Shown: positions 1-8,821 of the stretch, piece after piece | Position numbering within the stretch: position 1 is the first letter of the stretch | Layout of the letters: each line of letters opens with the position of its first letter | Origin: Methanococcus maripaludis | Lineage (GTDB): Archaea > AGJL01 > Methanococci > Methanococcales > Methanococcaceae | Assembly (NCBI RefSeq): GCF_002945325.1 | Contig: NZ_CP026606.1 | Coordinates: 840,001-872,000, forward strand | Length of the DNA stretch: 32,000 bases | Reading direction: 5' to 3' | Notes under the pieces: model-generated | What the model was told of the DNA's origin: nothing | Databases searched by the model: none | What the model saw: only the letters and a program-made list of their open reading frames with translations | Program-made: the position numbers and the translations under genes

Positions 1-1917
1 AATGAATATACCCAAATTGAATTAAAAACCGAACCAGTTACAGAATTAAAGGAAACCAAAGTTCCAAACGTAACTTACGAAGATATCGGTGGTTTAAAAG
101 AAGAAGTCAAAAAAATCAGGGAAATGGTAGAACTTCCAATGAGATACCCTGAATTATTTGATAAACTTGGTATTGAACCGCCAAAAGGAGTATTACTTGC
201 AGGACCTCCAGGAACTGGAAAAACTCTGCTTGCAAAAGCTGTTGCAAATGAAGCCGGAGCTAACTTCTACACGATAAACGGCCCCGAAATAATGAGTAAA
301 TACGTCGGTGAAACCGAAGAAAATTTAAGGAAAATATTTGAAGAAGCTGAAGAAAATTCGCCTTCAATTATATTTATCGATGAAATCGATGCAGTTGCTC
401 CAAAAAGGGACGAAGCAAGCGGTGAAGTTGAAAGAAGAATGGTTGCCCAGCTTTTAACACTGATGGACGGCCTTGAAAGTAGAGGTCAGCTCGTAATTCT
501 CGCAGCTACAAACAGACCTGATTCAATCGATATGGCTTTGAGAAGACCTGGAAGACTTGACAGGGAAATTACGATTGGAATTCCCGATAGACACGGTAGA
601 AACGAGATTTTGCAGATACATACAAGAAATATGCCACTTCAACCAGATTATGAAAAATCTGATGTAATTTCAATATTAAATGAACTTGTTGGAGAATATG
701 ATAGGAGCAAAATCGAAAGCCTTGTCAAATTAGTCGAAAAAGCGTCATCAGAAGAAGAAATCGAAAAAATATTAAAAGATGGCGAAGTAGAGGACAAAGT
801 AAAAGTAAAATTAAATCAATTAATGGTAAAAGAACTTGCAGACAAAACCCACGGTTTTGCTGGTGCTGATTTGGCCGCCCTTTCAAAAGAAGCTGCAATG
901 AAAACTTTAAGAAGATTCCTGCCTGACATCGACCTTGAAAAAGAAGAAATTCCTCGAGAAGTACTTGATAAAATTAAAGTAACTAAAGAAGACTTTGTGG
1001 GCGGTTTGAAAGAAGTAGAACCTTCTGCATTGAGAGAAGTATTGGTAGAAGTTCCAAATATCAAGTGGAGTGATGTTGGAGGTCTTGAAGATATTAAACA
1101 GGATTTAAAAGAAGCTGTTGAATGGCCAATTAAAAATAAAGAAATGTTTGAAAGAATGGGAATAAGGCCCCCAAAGGGAGTTTTACTCTTTGGTCCACCT
1201 GGAACTGGAAAAACATTGCTTGCAAAAGCTGTTGCAAATGAAAGTGAAGCAAATTTCATCAGCGTCAAAGGCCCAGAAATATTCAGCAAATGGGTAGGAG
1301 AAAGCGAAAAAGCAATCCGTGAAATATTTAGAAAAGCAAGACAAGCTGCTCCAACAGTTATATTCTTTGATGAAATCGATTCAGTCGCTCCAAAAAGAGG
1401 AATGGACTTTGGAAGTAGCGGTGTTACTGAAAAAGTTGTAAATCAGCTTTTAACAGAACTTGATGGTCTTGAAGAACCTAAAGATGTAGTGATAATTGCT
1501 GCAACAAACAGGCCCGACATATTAGATCAGGCACTTTTAAGGCCTGGAAGACTCGATAGAATTGTATTAGTTCCTATTCCTAATGAAACAGCAAGACTTG
1601 AGATATTTAAAGTTCACACTAAAGGAATGCCTATTGGAAAAGACGTGAACCTTGAAAAACTTGCAAAAGAAACTAAAGGATATACTGGTGCAGATATAGA
1701 AGCAGTTTGTAGAGAAGCTGCAATGATTGCATTAAGGGAAAATATAAATTCAGAACATGTCGAATCTAGACACTTTGACGGTGCTTTTAAAAGAATTGCA
1801 CCTTCTGTAAAAGATGAAGATATGGATGAATACAAAGACCTCGCAAAAGAATACGGTCAAAACGCAGGCGTATCCGAGATTGAAAAAGGCCCTGAAAATA
1901 CCGGATACCACAGATAA
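1..1917 (+). CDS. cdc48: CDC48/VCP-type AAA+ ATPase, 5' end cut by the window edge (D1 and D2 ATPase domains present)
   Basis: Frame 1 is open from nt 1 ([13 protein letters not shown]... precedes the first Met at 124). Two complete AAA modules are present: Walker A GPPGTGKT twice, Walker B IIFIDEID and VIFFDEID, and [16 protein letters not shown] twice. Stop TAA at 1915-1917. Confidence 0.93.
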   Translation, partial: NEYTQIELKTEPVTELKETKVPNVTYEDIGGLKEEVKKIREMVELPMRYPELFDKLGIEPPKGVLLAGPPGTGKTLLAKAVANEAGANFYTINGPEIMSKYVGETEENLRKIFEEAEENSPSIIFIDEIDAVAPKRDEASGEVERRMVAQLLTLMDGLESRGQLVILAATNRPDSIDMALRRPGRLDREITIGIPDRHGRNEILQIHTRNMPLQPDYEKSDVISILNELVGEYDRSKIESLVKLVEKASSEEEIEKILKDGEVEDKVKVKLNQLMVKELADKTHGFAGADLAALSKEAAMKTLRRFLPDIDLEKEEIPREVLDKIKVTKEDFVGGLKEVEPSALREVLVEVPNIKWSDVGGLEDIKQDLKEAVEWPIKNKEMFERMGIRPPKGVLLFGPPGTGKTLLAKAVANESEANFISVKGPEIFSKWVGESEKAIREIFRKARQAAPTVIFFDEIDSVAPKRGMDFGSSGVTEKVVNQLLTELDGLEEPKDVVIIAATNRPDILDQALLRPGRLDRIVLVPIPNETARLEIFKVHTKGMPIGKDVNLEKLAKETKGYTGADIEAVCREAAMIALRENINSEHVESRHFDGAFKRIAPSVKDEDMDEYKDLAKEYGQNAGVSEIEKGPENTGYHR

Positions 1918-1941
1918 ATAAAAAAATGATTTAATATCATT

Positions 1942-2406
1942 TTAATTTTCATTTATTAGTTTTAAAACAATTTTTTTAATGTGTTTAAAGTATTTTGGGT
2001 GTATCATATAAACTGAATAAATCTTATTCCAATTTTCACTTGATGACTCATTCTCTCGTAAATCACATAACTGGTAAACTAAGGTTCCAGATTCGTTTTT
2101 CCATACTGTAAATTTAATATAATTTTCTTCGTAAGGAGCCTCGAAATCACGATATTTATATTTTTTAAGAATATTTACTGTTTTTTCTTCGTCTTCTGAA
2201 AGATTTATTTTTGAAATTTCTTTTTCAAGTATTCTAAAAAGTAAGGTCGTATATAAACAAAATTTTACGTAAACATACGGTTCTTTTACTTTGAAAGAAT
2301 CTTTTTCGAATCCCAATAATCTTTCTTCGTATTCTTTAAGTAATGATAAAATTGAAATGTTTTCTGAGACATTATCTACAAAATAAGAGTTATTTTTAAA
2401 TTCCAT
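1942..2406 (-). CDS. hypothetical protein (154 aa), no recognisable family
   Basis: ATG at 2406 has an AGGTGG SD 5 nt upstream. The longer track start at 2442 has none. Lys/Glu/Asn-rich soluble protein with no motif I recognise. Confidence 0.5.
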   Translation of the reverse strand: MEFKNNSYFVDNVSENISILSLLKEYEERLLGFEKDSFKVKEPYVYVKFCLYTTLLFRILEKEISKINLSEDEEKTVNILKKYKYRDFEAPYEENYIKFTVWKNESGTLVYQLCDLRENESSSENWNKIYSVYMIHPKYFKHIKKIVLKLINEN

Positions 2407-2517
2407 TTTTGCCACCTGAATTAGTAATAACGTAATATACAAATTTAGTATATTATACTTATGCTAACTCCAAAATTAAACAAGAAATTAACCAATCTCC
2501 CAATATATCCATATAAT

Positions 2518-2525
2518 TTTATATA
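2518..2525 (+). promoter_or_regulatory. candidate TATA box for the HD-domain gene (leaderless or near-leaderless mRNA)
   Basis: TTTATATA ends 23 nt (2526-2548) before the ATG at 2549, and no SD motif lies between them. This spacing fits an archaeal TATA-to-TSS distance that places the TSS at or next to the start codon. Confidence 0.35.
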
Positions 2526-2548
2526 TTTGTTTAAATATATTTTGTAGC

Positions 2549-3925
2549 ATGTCAAAACTCAAAATAATACGGGATCCAATCCATAAAGATATCAAACTTA
2601 ACGAAGAAGAGATATCAATAGTTGATATGCCCGAAATTCAGAGATTGAGAAATATCAAGCAAACCGGACTTACTTGCTTGGTATACCCCAGTGCAAATCA
2701 TACCCGTTTTGAGCATTCTATAGGTACAATGCACGTTGCAGGCGAAATTGCCAAAAATTTAGAAAATATTGACAAAAATTTAACTAAAATCGTTGCATTA
2801 CTCCACGATATCGGTCACCCTCCTTTTTCACATACTTTAGAAGTTGCAGGATATGACCATGAAGAATTTACGAAAGAAAAAATAAAAAGAATGAATTTTG
2901 AGAATTACACTTCAAAAGAAGTTTTAGATGTGTATTCTTCAAAAGGTCTGGAAGGATCTTTAATACACGGGGATGTCGATGCTGACAGGATGGACTATTT
3001 AGTAAGGGACAGTCACCACACAGGAGTTGCGTATGGTTCAATAGATATCCCCAGACTTATCAGAAGTATTGTGGTTATTGAAGATACAAATAAACTTGGA
3101 ATTATAGAAAAAGGAAGAACTACTGTTGAATCACTCCTTACTGCAAGATATCAGATGTATCCAACTGTTTATATGCACCCCACCTCAAGAATCTCGGAAA
3201 CCATGATTAAAAATGCAACAATAGACGCAATTAAAGACGACATCTTTAAATTAAGAGATTTATCTTTAATGGATGATATTGATTTAATATGTACATTAAG
3301 AAGGTCTGAAGGTTCCTCAAATGAGATTATGAGGAAAATAGATGCACGGGACTTATTTAAAAGTATTTCAGTCCAACGATACAATGAACTATCCCCAAAA
3401 GAAAGATGGAATTTGATAAATTTATCTGAGAATGAACTGGGTATCATCGAAAACGAGATGAGTGACTTTTTTGGATCGAGAATTTTTTTAGATATTCCAA
3501 AACCCCCTAAAATGGCAGAACACCGAATTACTGTCATAATGGGGGATAAAAAACAGAGACTTGATGAAATTTCGCCCCTTGCGGAAAGTTTAAAAGATGC
3601 TTACAAGAAATCCTGGAGTGTAATGGTTTATTCTGAACCCGAAACTGCAAAAAAATCTTCTGAAATTGTAAAAGATAAGAATAAATTTTTATTTGACTTC
3701 ATTAGCGATGAAATTATTGAAAATAATATTTTAAACGTATTAAATGAACAGGGAACCGTTCAGGGAGTTACAAAACTTGCAGGACTTGTTAAAAAAAGCC
3801 CAAACGATACAGAATTCCATTCCGAACTTCAAAAATTAATATTTTGTGGCCTTGTTGACAAAAAAGTCGAACCTGTGCGCGGAACATATAGGTACGATTA
3901 TACTGCAGCAAAACTTGATAATTAA
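2549..3925 (+). CDS. HD-domain phosphohydrolase, dGTPase/SAMHD1-like dNTP triphosphohydrolase family
   Basis: 458 aa. The HD-superfamily metal site H..HD..D appears as RFEHSIGT, LLHDIGHPPFSH and DADRMDYLVRD. The roughly 120-aa C-terminal extension has no assigned role. Confidence 0.8.
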   Translation: MSKLKIIRDPIHKDIKLNEEEISIVDMPEIQRLRNIKQTGLTCLVYPSANHTRFEHSIGTMHVAGEIAKNLENIDKNLTKIVALLHDIGHPPFSHTLEVAGYDHEEFTKEKIKRMNFENYTSKEVLDVYSSKGLEGSLIHGDVDADRMDYLVRDSHHTGVAYGSIDIPRLIRSIVVIEDTNKLGIIEKGRTTVESLLTARYQMYPTVYMHPTSRISETMIKNATIDAIKDDIFKLRDLSLMDDIDLICTLRRSEGSSNEIMRKIDARDLFKSISVQRYNELSPKERWNLINLSENELGIIENEMSDFFGSRIFLDIPKPPKMAEHRITVIMGDKKQRLDEISPLAESLKDAYKKSWSVMVYSEPETAKKSSEIVKDKNKFLFDFISDEIIENNILNVLNEQGTVQGVTKLAGLVKKSPNDTEFHSELQKLIFCGLVDKKVEPVRGTYRYDYTAAKLDN

Positions 3926-5124
3926 CACAATTTTGAACGGTATATCACAAGCGTATTTTCTTCAACAGCATAATTGTTAATATCTACGAATTCTAAATTA
4001 ATAATCTCTTTTAAATTCTTTCCGACACTTCCAGAAAGCAGGAACTTAACACCTTTTTTATTATATTTTTTTATCAAGTCTGCAAGCTTTTTAATATTTA
4101 TTTCTTCACAGGTGCATCCAATATCCCCACCAACAATTATTGTTCCGGTTTCAAATAAGTTTAAAAAATCAAAAATTGCGTAATCTATTGCTTTTAAATC
4201 AAGTCCAGGATTGATATTTTTAACAATTTGGTAATTGTTTTTCTTTTCTACATTCATCCGGTTTTTAATCTCAAAACTTTTTAAACTGTTTTTTATTTCC
4301 TCAAAGCCCATAAAATAAGAGCATAATTCTATTGCAAAAATTGAATTTTCGATAAAGTGGCTTCCAAAAACAGATTCGTTGAATTCAAAATCATTTTTTG
4401 AATAATTAAATTTTAAAGGGTATTTTGAAATTATTTTTGCATTTTTAACGACGTTTAAATTTTTGTGACATATTTCAAACCTGTTTTTAAGATCTTCGTT
4501 AACAAAAACGATTTTTGAATTTTTTAAAGAATCTATTTTGATAGATGCCTGTCTCCTACCCCCTGCAATTGAGTAGTTTTCCAAAATATTTGTTAATATC
4601 GAATAGTTTGAAGAAACGATTCCTAAAGAAATCTCAAATATCAAAAAATCGTAAATTTGAAGTTTTTTTTCTTCATTTAGTTTATTTAATATATTTAAAA
4701 CATTTACTGGCGTAATTGAACCATCGCTACTATTATGGCAGAAAACGCTATATTTTTCGGATAAAATATGTTTTAAAAGTTCAGTAGTTGTAGTTTTTCC
4801 CTTAACACCCGTTACAGTTATCATTTTTTCAACGGTTTTCGGGTACTTTTTTGATATAATTTCAGAAACTGCTTCGTGAAAAGTTTTAAATTTAACGTCT
4901 ATTGGACAGTGAACTGGTGCAATAACTTCGTTATATTTTAAAAAATTGGGCGTTTCTTTTTTTGAAATTATTTTAAATTTTGATAAAATATTTTTATTTT
5001 CTTCTTTAAAATTTTTGTCTCGTTCCACCTTACCATAAATATCCCAAATTACAGGAACTTTCCCTGATTTTTTATATTCTACTGCCAAATCTAAAGCACC
5101 ATGGTTAATATCAATGATTAACAT
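3922..5124 (-). CDS. cfbE: Mur-ligase-family protein, probable coenzyme F430 synthetase CfbE
   Basis: 400 aa with the Mur-ligase P-loop VTGVKGKTTTTELL after an N-terminal domain of about 95 aa. GGTGA SD lies before ATG 5124. Methanococcales make no murein or pseudomurein, and the Mur-ligase homologue conserved in methanogens is CfbE. Confidence 0.6.
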   Translation of the reverse strand: MLIIDINHGALDLAVEYKKSGKVPVIWDIYGKVERDKNFKEENKNILSKFKIISKKETPNFLKYNEVIAPVHCPIDVKFKTFHEAVSEIISKKYPKTVEKMITVTGVKGKTTTTELLKHILSEKYSVFCHNSSDGSITPVNVLNILNKLNEEKKLQIYDFLIFEISLGIVSSNYSILTNILENYSIAGGRRQASIKIDSLKNSKIVFVNEDLKNRFEICHKNLNVVKNAKIISKYPLKFNYSKNDFEFNESVFGSHFIENSIFAIELCSYFMGFEEIKNSLKSFEIKNRMNVEKKNNYQIVKNINPGLDLKAIDYAIFDFLNLFETGTIIVGGDIGCTCEEINIKKLADLIKKYNKKGVKFLLSGSVGKNLKEIINLEFVDINNYAVEENTLVIYRSKLC

Positions 5125-5205
5125 TTAGTCACCAGAAAGTTGTTTTAGTTACATTTTTAAATTATTAGATTAATATTCTATTGGGAATTATCTGGGGGGA
5201 TAGTT

Positions 5206-5490
5206 TTGAACATAGATCTTTTTGCAATAGTAAATAGTATATCGGATTTATTATTTAATCAAGTCTACGACCTTTGCGGCATGTTTTACCCGATGTTTGT
5301 AGGCGGAATAGTTTCAATGTTTGTTTTTTTTGTATTTAAAAGCGTTAACAAAAGTATTATTGCGTTAGTGGTAACCGCAATAGTTATTTTCGCACTTCCA
5401 ACAACTCCATACGAATGCAGGCTTGTTGCAGTCATTTTAGCTGCTGTTTCTTCAGTATTCTTCGTAATATTGTTTAGAAAAGTTCGTTAA
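5206..5490 (+). CDS. small integral membrane protein (94 aa), unknown function
   Basis: TTG start at 5206 is preceded by a GGGGGGA SD at 5-nt spacing. About three hydrophobic helices. No family recognised. Confidence 0.5.
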   Translation: MNIDLFAIVNSISDLLFNQVYDLCGMFYPMFVGGIVSMFVFFVFKSVNKSIIALVVTAIVIFALPTTPYECRLVAVILAAVSSVFFVILFRKVR

Positions 5491-5492
5491 AT

Positions 5493-6239
5493 TTAAGAAG
5501 AAATCTGGTGAATAAATTCCTTGTAGAGCAGGTAGCATGCAATCGTTACAGAAAATATGTTAGATGCCATTATCATCCACATTATAGTTATCTGGACCTT
5601 TGCAGCTTCTAAAGGGTCCACGCCTGCAAGAAGCATTCCAACCATTGCTCCTGGAATAAATATGAGCCCTACTGCTTTTGTGGAGTTTAAATGTGGCGTT
5701 AATGCAGCTCGAACTGCTTTTTTAACAAACGTATTTACCGCCTGTTTTTCGGTTGCCCCAAGTGCAAGATAGCCCCAGAGTACGTCTTTTTCAGATTTTA
5801 AATCATTTAAAAATCTTTCGAGACCTATAGACATTGCATTTGTAGAATTACCAATAACCATGCCCATTAAAGGGATTAAATAGCGCACTTCAAATAATAC
5901 CGTTTTTGATACTGTTAAAATGATCAGAGAAATTATTGTTATTGTAATCGTTGATAAAAATGCGGCACATACTATTTTTCTATTTTTTTCTTTGGTTACA
6001 TTTCTTTTAACCATAAATGCTGAAACTGACACCATGAATAGTATCATAATACTGGCATAATAAATTCCAAGGTTAAATACTATTCCAATCACGTAACCAA
6101 GAACAACAAGCTGGATTAGTGCCATGATTTCTGCAATAAATATTTCTTTTCCAATCCCAAGTTTTTCCTTAAAAATTAATATTAAGGAAAGTAAAACGAA
6201 TGAAAAAGAAATTAAAAGAGATTCAAACACTTTTATCAT
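5493..6239 (-). CDS. UPF0014 / YbbM-FetB-like ABC-type permease
   Basis: 248-aa polytopic membrane protein. The C-terminal half (LGATEKQA..RAALTPHLNSTKAVGLIFIPGAMVGMLLAGVDP..AAKVQI) matches my recollection of the FetB/YbbM family. No cognate ATPase gene is adjacent. Confidence 0.65.
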   Translation of the reverse strand: MIKVFESLLISFSFVLLSLILIFKEKLGIGKEIFIAEIMALIQLVVLGYVIGIVFNLGIYYASIMILFMVSVSAFMVKRNVTKEKNRKIVCAAFLSTITITIISLIILTVSKTVLFEVRYLIPLMGMVIGNSTNAMSIGLERFLNDLKSEKDVLWGYLALGATEKQAVNTFVKKAVRAALTPHLNSTKAVGLIFIPGAMVGMLLAGVDPLEAAKVQITIMWMIMASNIFSVTIACYLLYKEFIHQISS

Positions 6240-6242
6240 CTT

Positions 6243-7103
6243 TTAGCTTTTTTTGTATTTTATAAGGCATTCTGCAATTCTTTTATCAACATCAATTCCA
6301 AGGGACCTAAAGCCTTTTGTACCGGGTGCAGTGTTTACCTCAACAACGTAGTACTCTCCATCTTTTGGTAAGATGTCAATTCCCATAATATATCCATTCA
6401 TGCACTCAGAACACTTTAAAGCGATTTCTTCAAGTTCCGAAGATACATTTAAAGGCTCGATTTGACCGCCAACATATAGGTTCGTTATGAAGTTATTACT
6501 TACTCGCCTATACCCGCCAACAACTTCCCCATCGATTACGAGTATCCTCATATCTTTATATGTGTCCCCTTTTTTAAAATCAACGTATTCTTGAATTAAT
6601 TTGCTTTCCCATATCGAATTTTTAGAAAGTTCTTGTAATTCATCGTCAGAATTTGCTTTTTGTACCTTCATTCCGCATTTTGAAAATGAATTTTTCAATA
6701 TAACCGGGTAATCTATATTTGTAATATCTAAAAAATGTTTTGCATCCCCATAATCTCGAATAAGTGCAGTTTTTGGCGTTTTTAACCCGTTTTTACTAAG
6801 AATTTTCGTTGTTTTAAATTTATCCGATGAATTATAGATTGTTTCGAGAGGATTTATAAAATAATGGCCTTCAGATTCCAGATTTTTTAAAACCTGCCAT
6901 GAAAAAAGGGTTAACCTATCTAAATAATCCCCGATACCGCATCTTGAGTGTATTAAATCGGTTTCTATATTGAAATCAGTATCAACTAACAAATTATCGC
7001 TAGAAAGTAACAAAATATTACATTTTTCGCCCAAATCTTCAATAGCTTTTTTTAGGGAGTATATTGTCGACCCCCCTTCTGCACAAGCAATTGTTATCAT
7101 CAT
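6243..7103 (-). CDS. RimK-type ATP-grasp alpha-L-glutamate ligase (MptN/CofF-like)
   Basis: 286 aa with ATP-grasp motifs KDMRILVIDGEVVGGYRR and GIDILPKDGEYYVVEVNTAPG. Size and architecture match the methanogen glutamate ligases MptN (methanopterin) and CofF (F420). I cannot tell which by eye. AGGTGA SD precedes the start. Confidence 0.7.
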   Translation of the reverse strand: MMITIACAEGGSTIYSLKKAIEDLGEKCNILLLSSDNLLVDTDFNIETDLIHSRCGIGDYLDRLTLFSWQVLKNLESEGHYFINPLETIYNSSDKFKTTKILSKNGLKTPKTALIRDYGDAKHFLDITNIDYPVILKNSFSKCGMKVQKANSDDELQELSKNSIWESKLIQEYVDFKKGDTYKDMRILVIDGEVVGGYRRVSNNFITNLYVGGQIEPLNVSSELEEIALKCSECMNGYIMGIDILPKDGEYYVVEVNTAPGTKGFRSLGIDVDKRIAECLIKYKKS

Positions 7104-7121
7104 TCACCTGAAAATTAACGT

Positions 7122-8249
7122 TTAAATAAATGAATAAATCATTGAAGCTAGTATTGCCAACCATACAAATATACTTATCGAGTTTAAATTCCTTTCACTA
7201 ATTACAAATCCAACAAGATTTGCAATTTTTGAAACAAACCAGTTATTCTTTCTAAAGTCCCTTATTGCATCAGGCAGAGCCATCCAGATGTGGTATCCAT
7301 CAAGTGGGGCTGCAGGAAGTAAATTGAAAAATCCTAAAAGCATGTTTAGTAGTGAAGTCCAGTAGAATGTTTGTAAAATATACATTACCGTTTTTGAAGG
7401 TTCTGAAACAATGCCCATTTTTCCTTCTTCTGATGTCGTTATGTAATATGAATTTACTTCGTTATTTCTTAAAACAGCAAGTTCGACTGATTGTTCAGGT
7501 TGTATATCGCCCACTGCATCGTAAAAGTCATTTAAAGAATTAACCATTTTTCCGTTTATCGAATAGATTACGTCGCCCTCAAAAATTATTCCGTAAGCAG
7601 GAGTATCTTCCAAAACATCCGTTATCGTTAATTTTGAATTCATCCCCGTAAAATAAGGCATTGCAAAAAGTACTAAGAAAAATACGAGTACGTTTGAGAT
7701 AGGGCCTGCTGCCGCAATTGCACCCCTAATTTTAGGTTTTGAATCTTTGAATTCATCCCCAAGTTCTACAAATGCACCCATGGGAATTCCCAAAGCCAGT
7801 AAAAGCCCGGAACTCTTTATTTTTTGCCCAAAAGATGCTGCAACAATCCCGTGTGAAAGTTCGTGAATAGTAACTCCAATAATTATTGCTAAAATTCCAG
7901 GAATCCATGGGATTGTACTTCCAAACAAAAATATAATTGGTTTGGCAGCTTCTTTTTCAACAGTTCCGTCGAAAAGCCCAACAGTCGATAAAATAAATGC
8001 GTAAAACGTGTAAATGCTTATTACGACGCATACTGGAATTGATAAATATGCAAGTTTTTGCCATATACTGTATTTTCCAAGTTTTTTTATTATATTCATT
8101 CCTACTTGTGTCCTCAATATTCCAAAAATACCCATGTAAGTTTTTAAATCCAGATTAATTCCTAATTTATCTTTATTGTGATTTATAATGTACAGAACTG
8201 TCCAAAATATTAAAAAAAACAACAGTACTGCTGTTGAAGTAAGTTCCAT
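7122..8249 (-). CDS. M50 (site-2 protease family) membrane metalloprotease with PDZ-like domain
   Basis: HELSHG zinc motif and NLLPAAPLDGYH motif, multiple TM helices, and a central soluble segment (GDVIYSINGKMVNSLNDF) typical of a PDZ insert. ATG 8249 has a GGTGA SD 7 nt upstream. The track start at 8276 is a TTG without an SD. Confidence 0.85.
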   Translation of the reverse strand: MELTSTAVLLFFLIFWTVLYIINHNKDKLGINLDLKTYMGIFGILRTQVGMNIIKKLGKYSIWQKLAYLSIPVCVVISIYTFYAFILSTVGLFDGTVEKEAAKPIIFLFGSTIPWIPGILAIIIGVTIHELSHGIVAASFGQKIKSSGLLLALGIPMGAFVELGDEFKDSKPKIRGAIAAAGPISNVLVFFLVLFAMPYFTGMNSKLTITDVLEDTPAYGIIFEGDVIYSINGKMVNSLNDFYDAVGDIQPEQSVELAVLRNNEVNSYYITTSEEGKMGIVSEPSKTVMYILQTFYWTSLLNMLLGFFNLLPAAPLDGYHIWMALPDAIRDFRKNNWFVSKIANLVGFVISERNLNSISIFVWLAILASMIYSFI

Positions 8250-8330
8250 TTTTTCTTCACCGATTGTAATTATCAACGTTATAAATAGAAATGTTTCGAC
8301 AGTACTTAACTTTTTATATTGTGTATTTTA

Positions 8331-8352
8331 AAATATATCTTAAGATATATTT
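8331..8352. promoter_or_regulatory. perfect 22-bp palindrome, candidate PadR operator overlapping the padR-operon promoter
   Basis: AAATATATCTT|AAGATATATTT equals its own reverse complement. It ends 9 nt (8353-8361) before the padR-like ATG at 8362 and begins 10 nt (8321-8330) after a TTTTTATATT TATA-like box at 8311-8320. Confidence 0.5.
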
Positions 8353-8361
8353 AGTGATATA

Positions 8362-8820
8362 ATGAAGCATGGTAAAAAAGTAAAAGAACTCATAAAAATA
8401 CTGATATTAAAATTTCTTGAAAAGGAAAACCTCCATGGATACCTTTTGATTTCAAATATTAAGGAAATTACAGGAATTTCCGTTAGTCCGAGCATGGTTT
8501 ATCCAATATTGTCCAATTTAAAAACTGCAGGGCTTATTGAAGTTGAGAAAACGGAAGATAGGGGTAAAAAAATTTACAAATTAACCAATGAAGGTCACTC
8601 GTTTTTAGACAGAAACCAGTCTAAAATAGAGTACTGCATGAAAAAATCTGAAGCACTTTATTATTTCCATAACTTCGGCGGAATTGAGCTTAAAAAAGCA
8701 CTGCATTTAGCGTTTGAAGAATTTATCGATATGGATGATGAAAAAAGAAAGAAAATTGGGGAAATAATGCAAAAATGTGCAAAAGATATTCGTTACCAGA
8801 TCGAATATGGAGATGAGTAA
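8362..8820 (+). CDS. PadR-family winged-helix transcriptional regulator
   Basis: 152 aa. The N-terminal wHTH (LHGYLLISNIKEITGISVSPSMVYPILSNLKTAGLIEVE....GKKIYKLTNEG) is a PadR pattern, followed by a helical C-terminal domain. Confidence 0.8.
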   Translation: MKHGKKVKELIKILILKFLEKENLHGYLLISNIKEITGISVSPSMVYPILSNLKTAGLIEVEKTEDRGKKIYKLTNEGHSFLDRNQSKIEYCMKKSEALYYFHNFGGIELKKALHLAFEEFIDMDDEKRKKIGEIMQKCAKDIRYQIEYGDE

Positions 8821-8821
8821 C

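Noticed and set aside
816-1835. Minus-strand ORFs (157 and 73 aa) inside cdc48
   Set aside because: They are antisense to a motif-perfect AAA+ ATPase gene, with low-complexity Ser/Phe/Leu composition.
2434-2454. Inverted repeat AATATAC-N7-GTATATT upstream of the 154-aa hypothetical gene
   Set aside because: It coincides with the expected TATA-box position for that gene. Short A/T palindromes there are most simply explained as the promoter itself.
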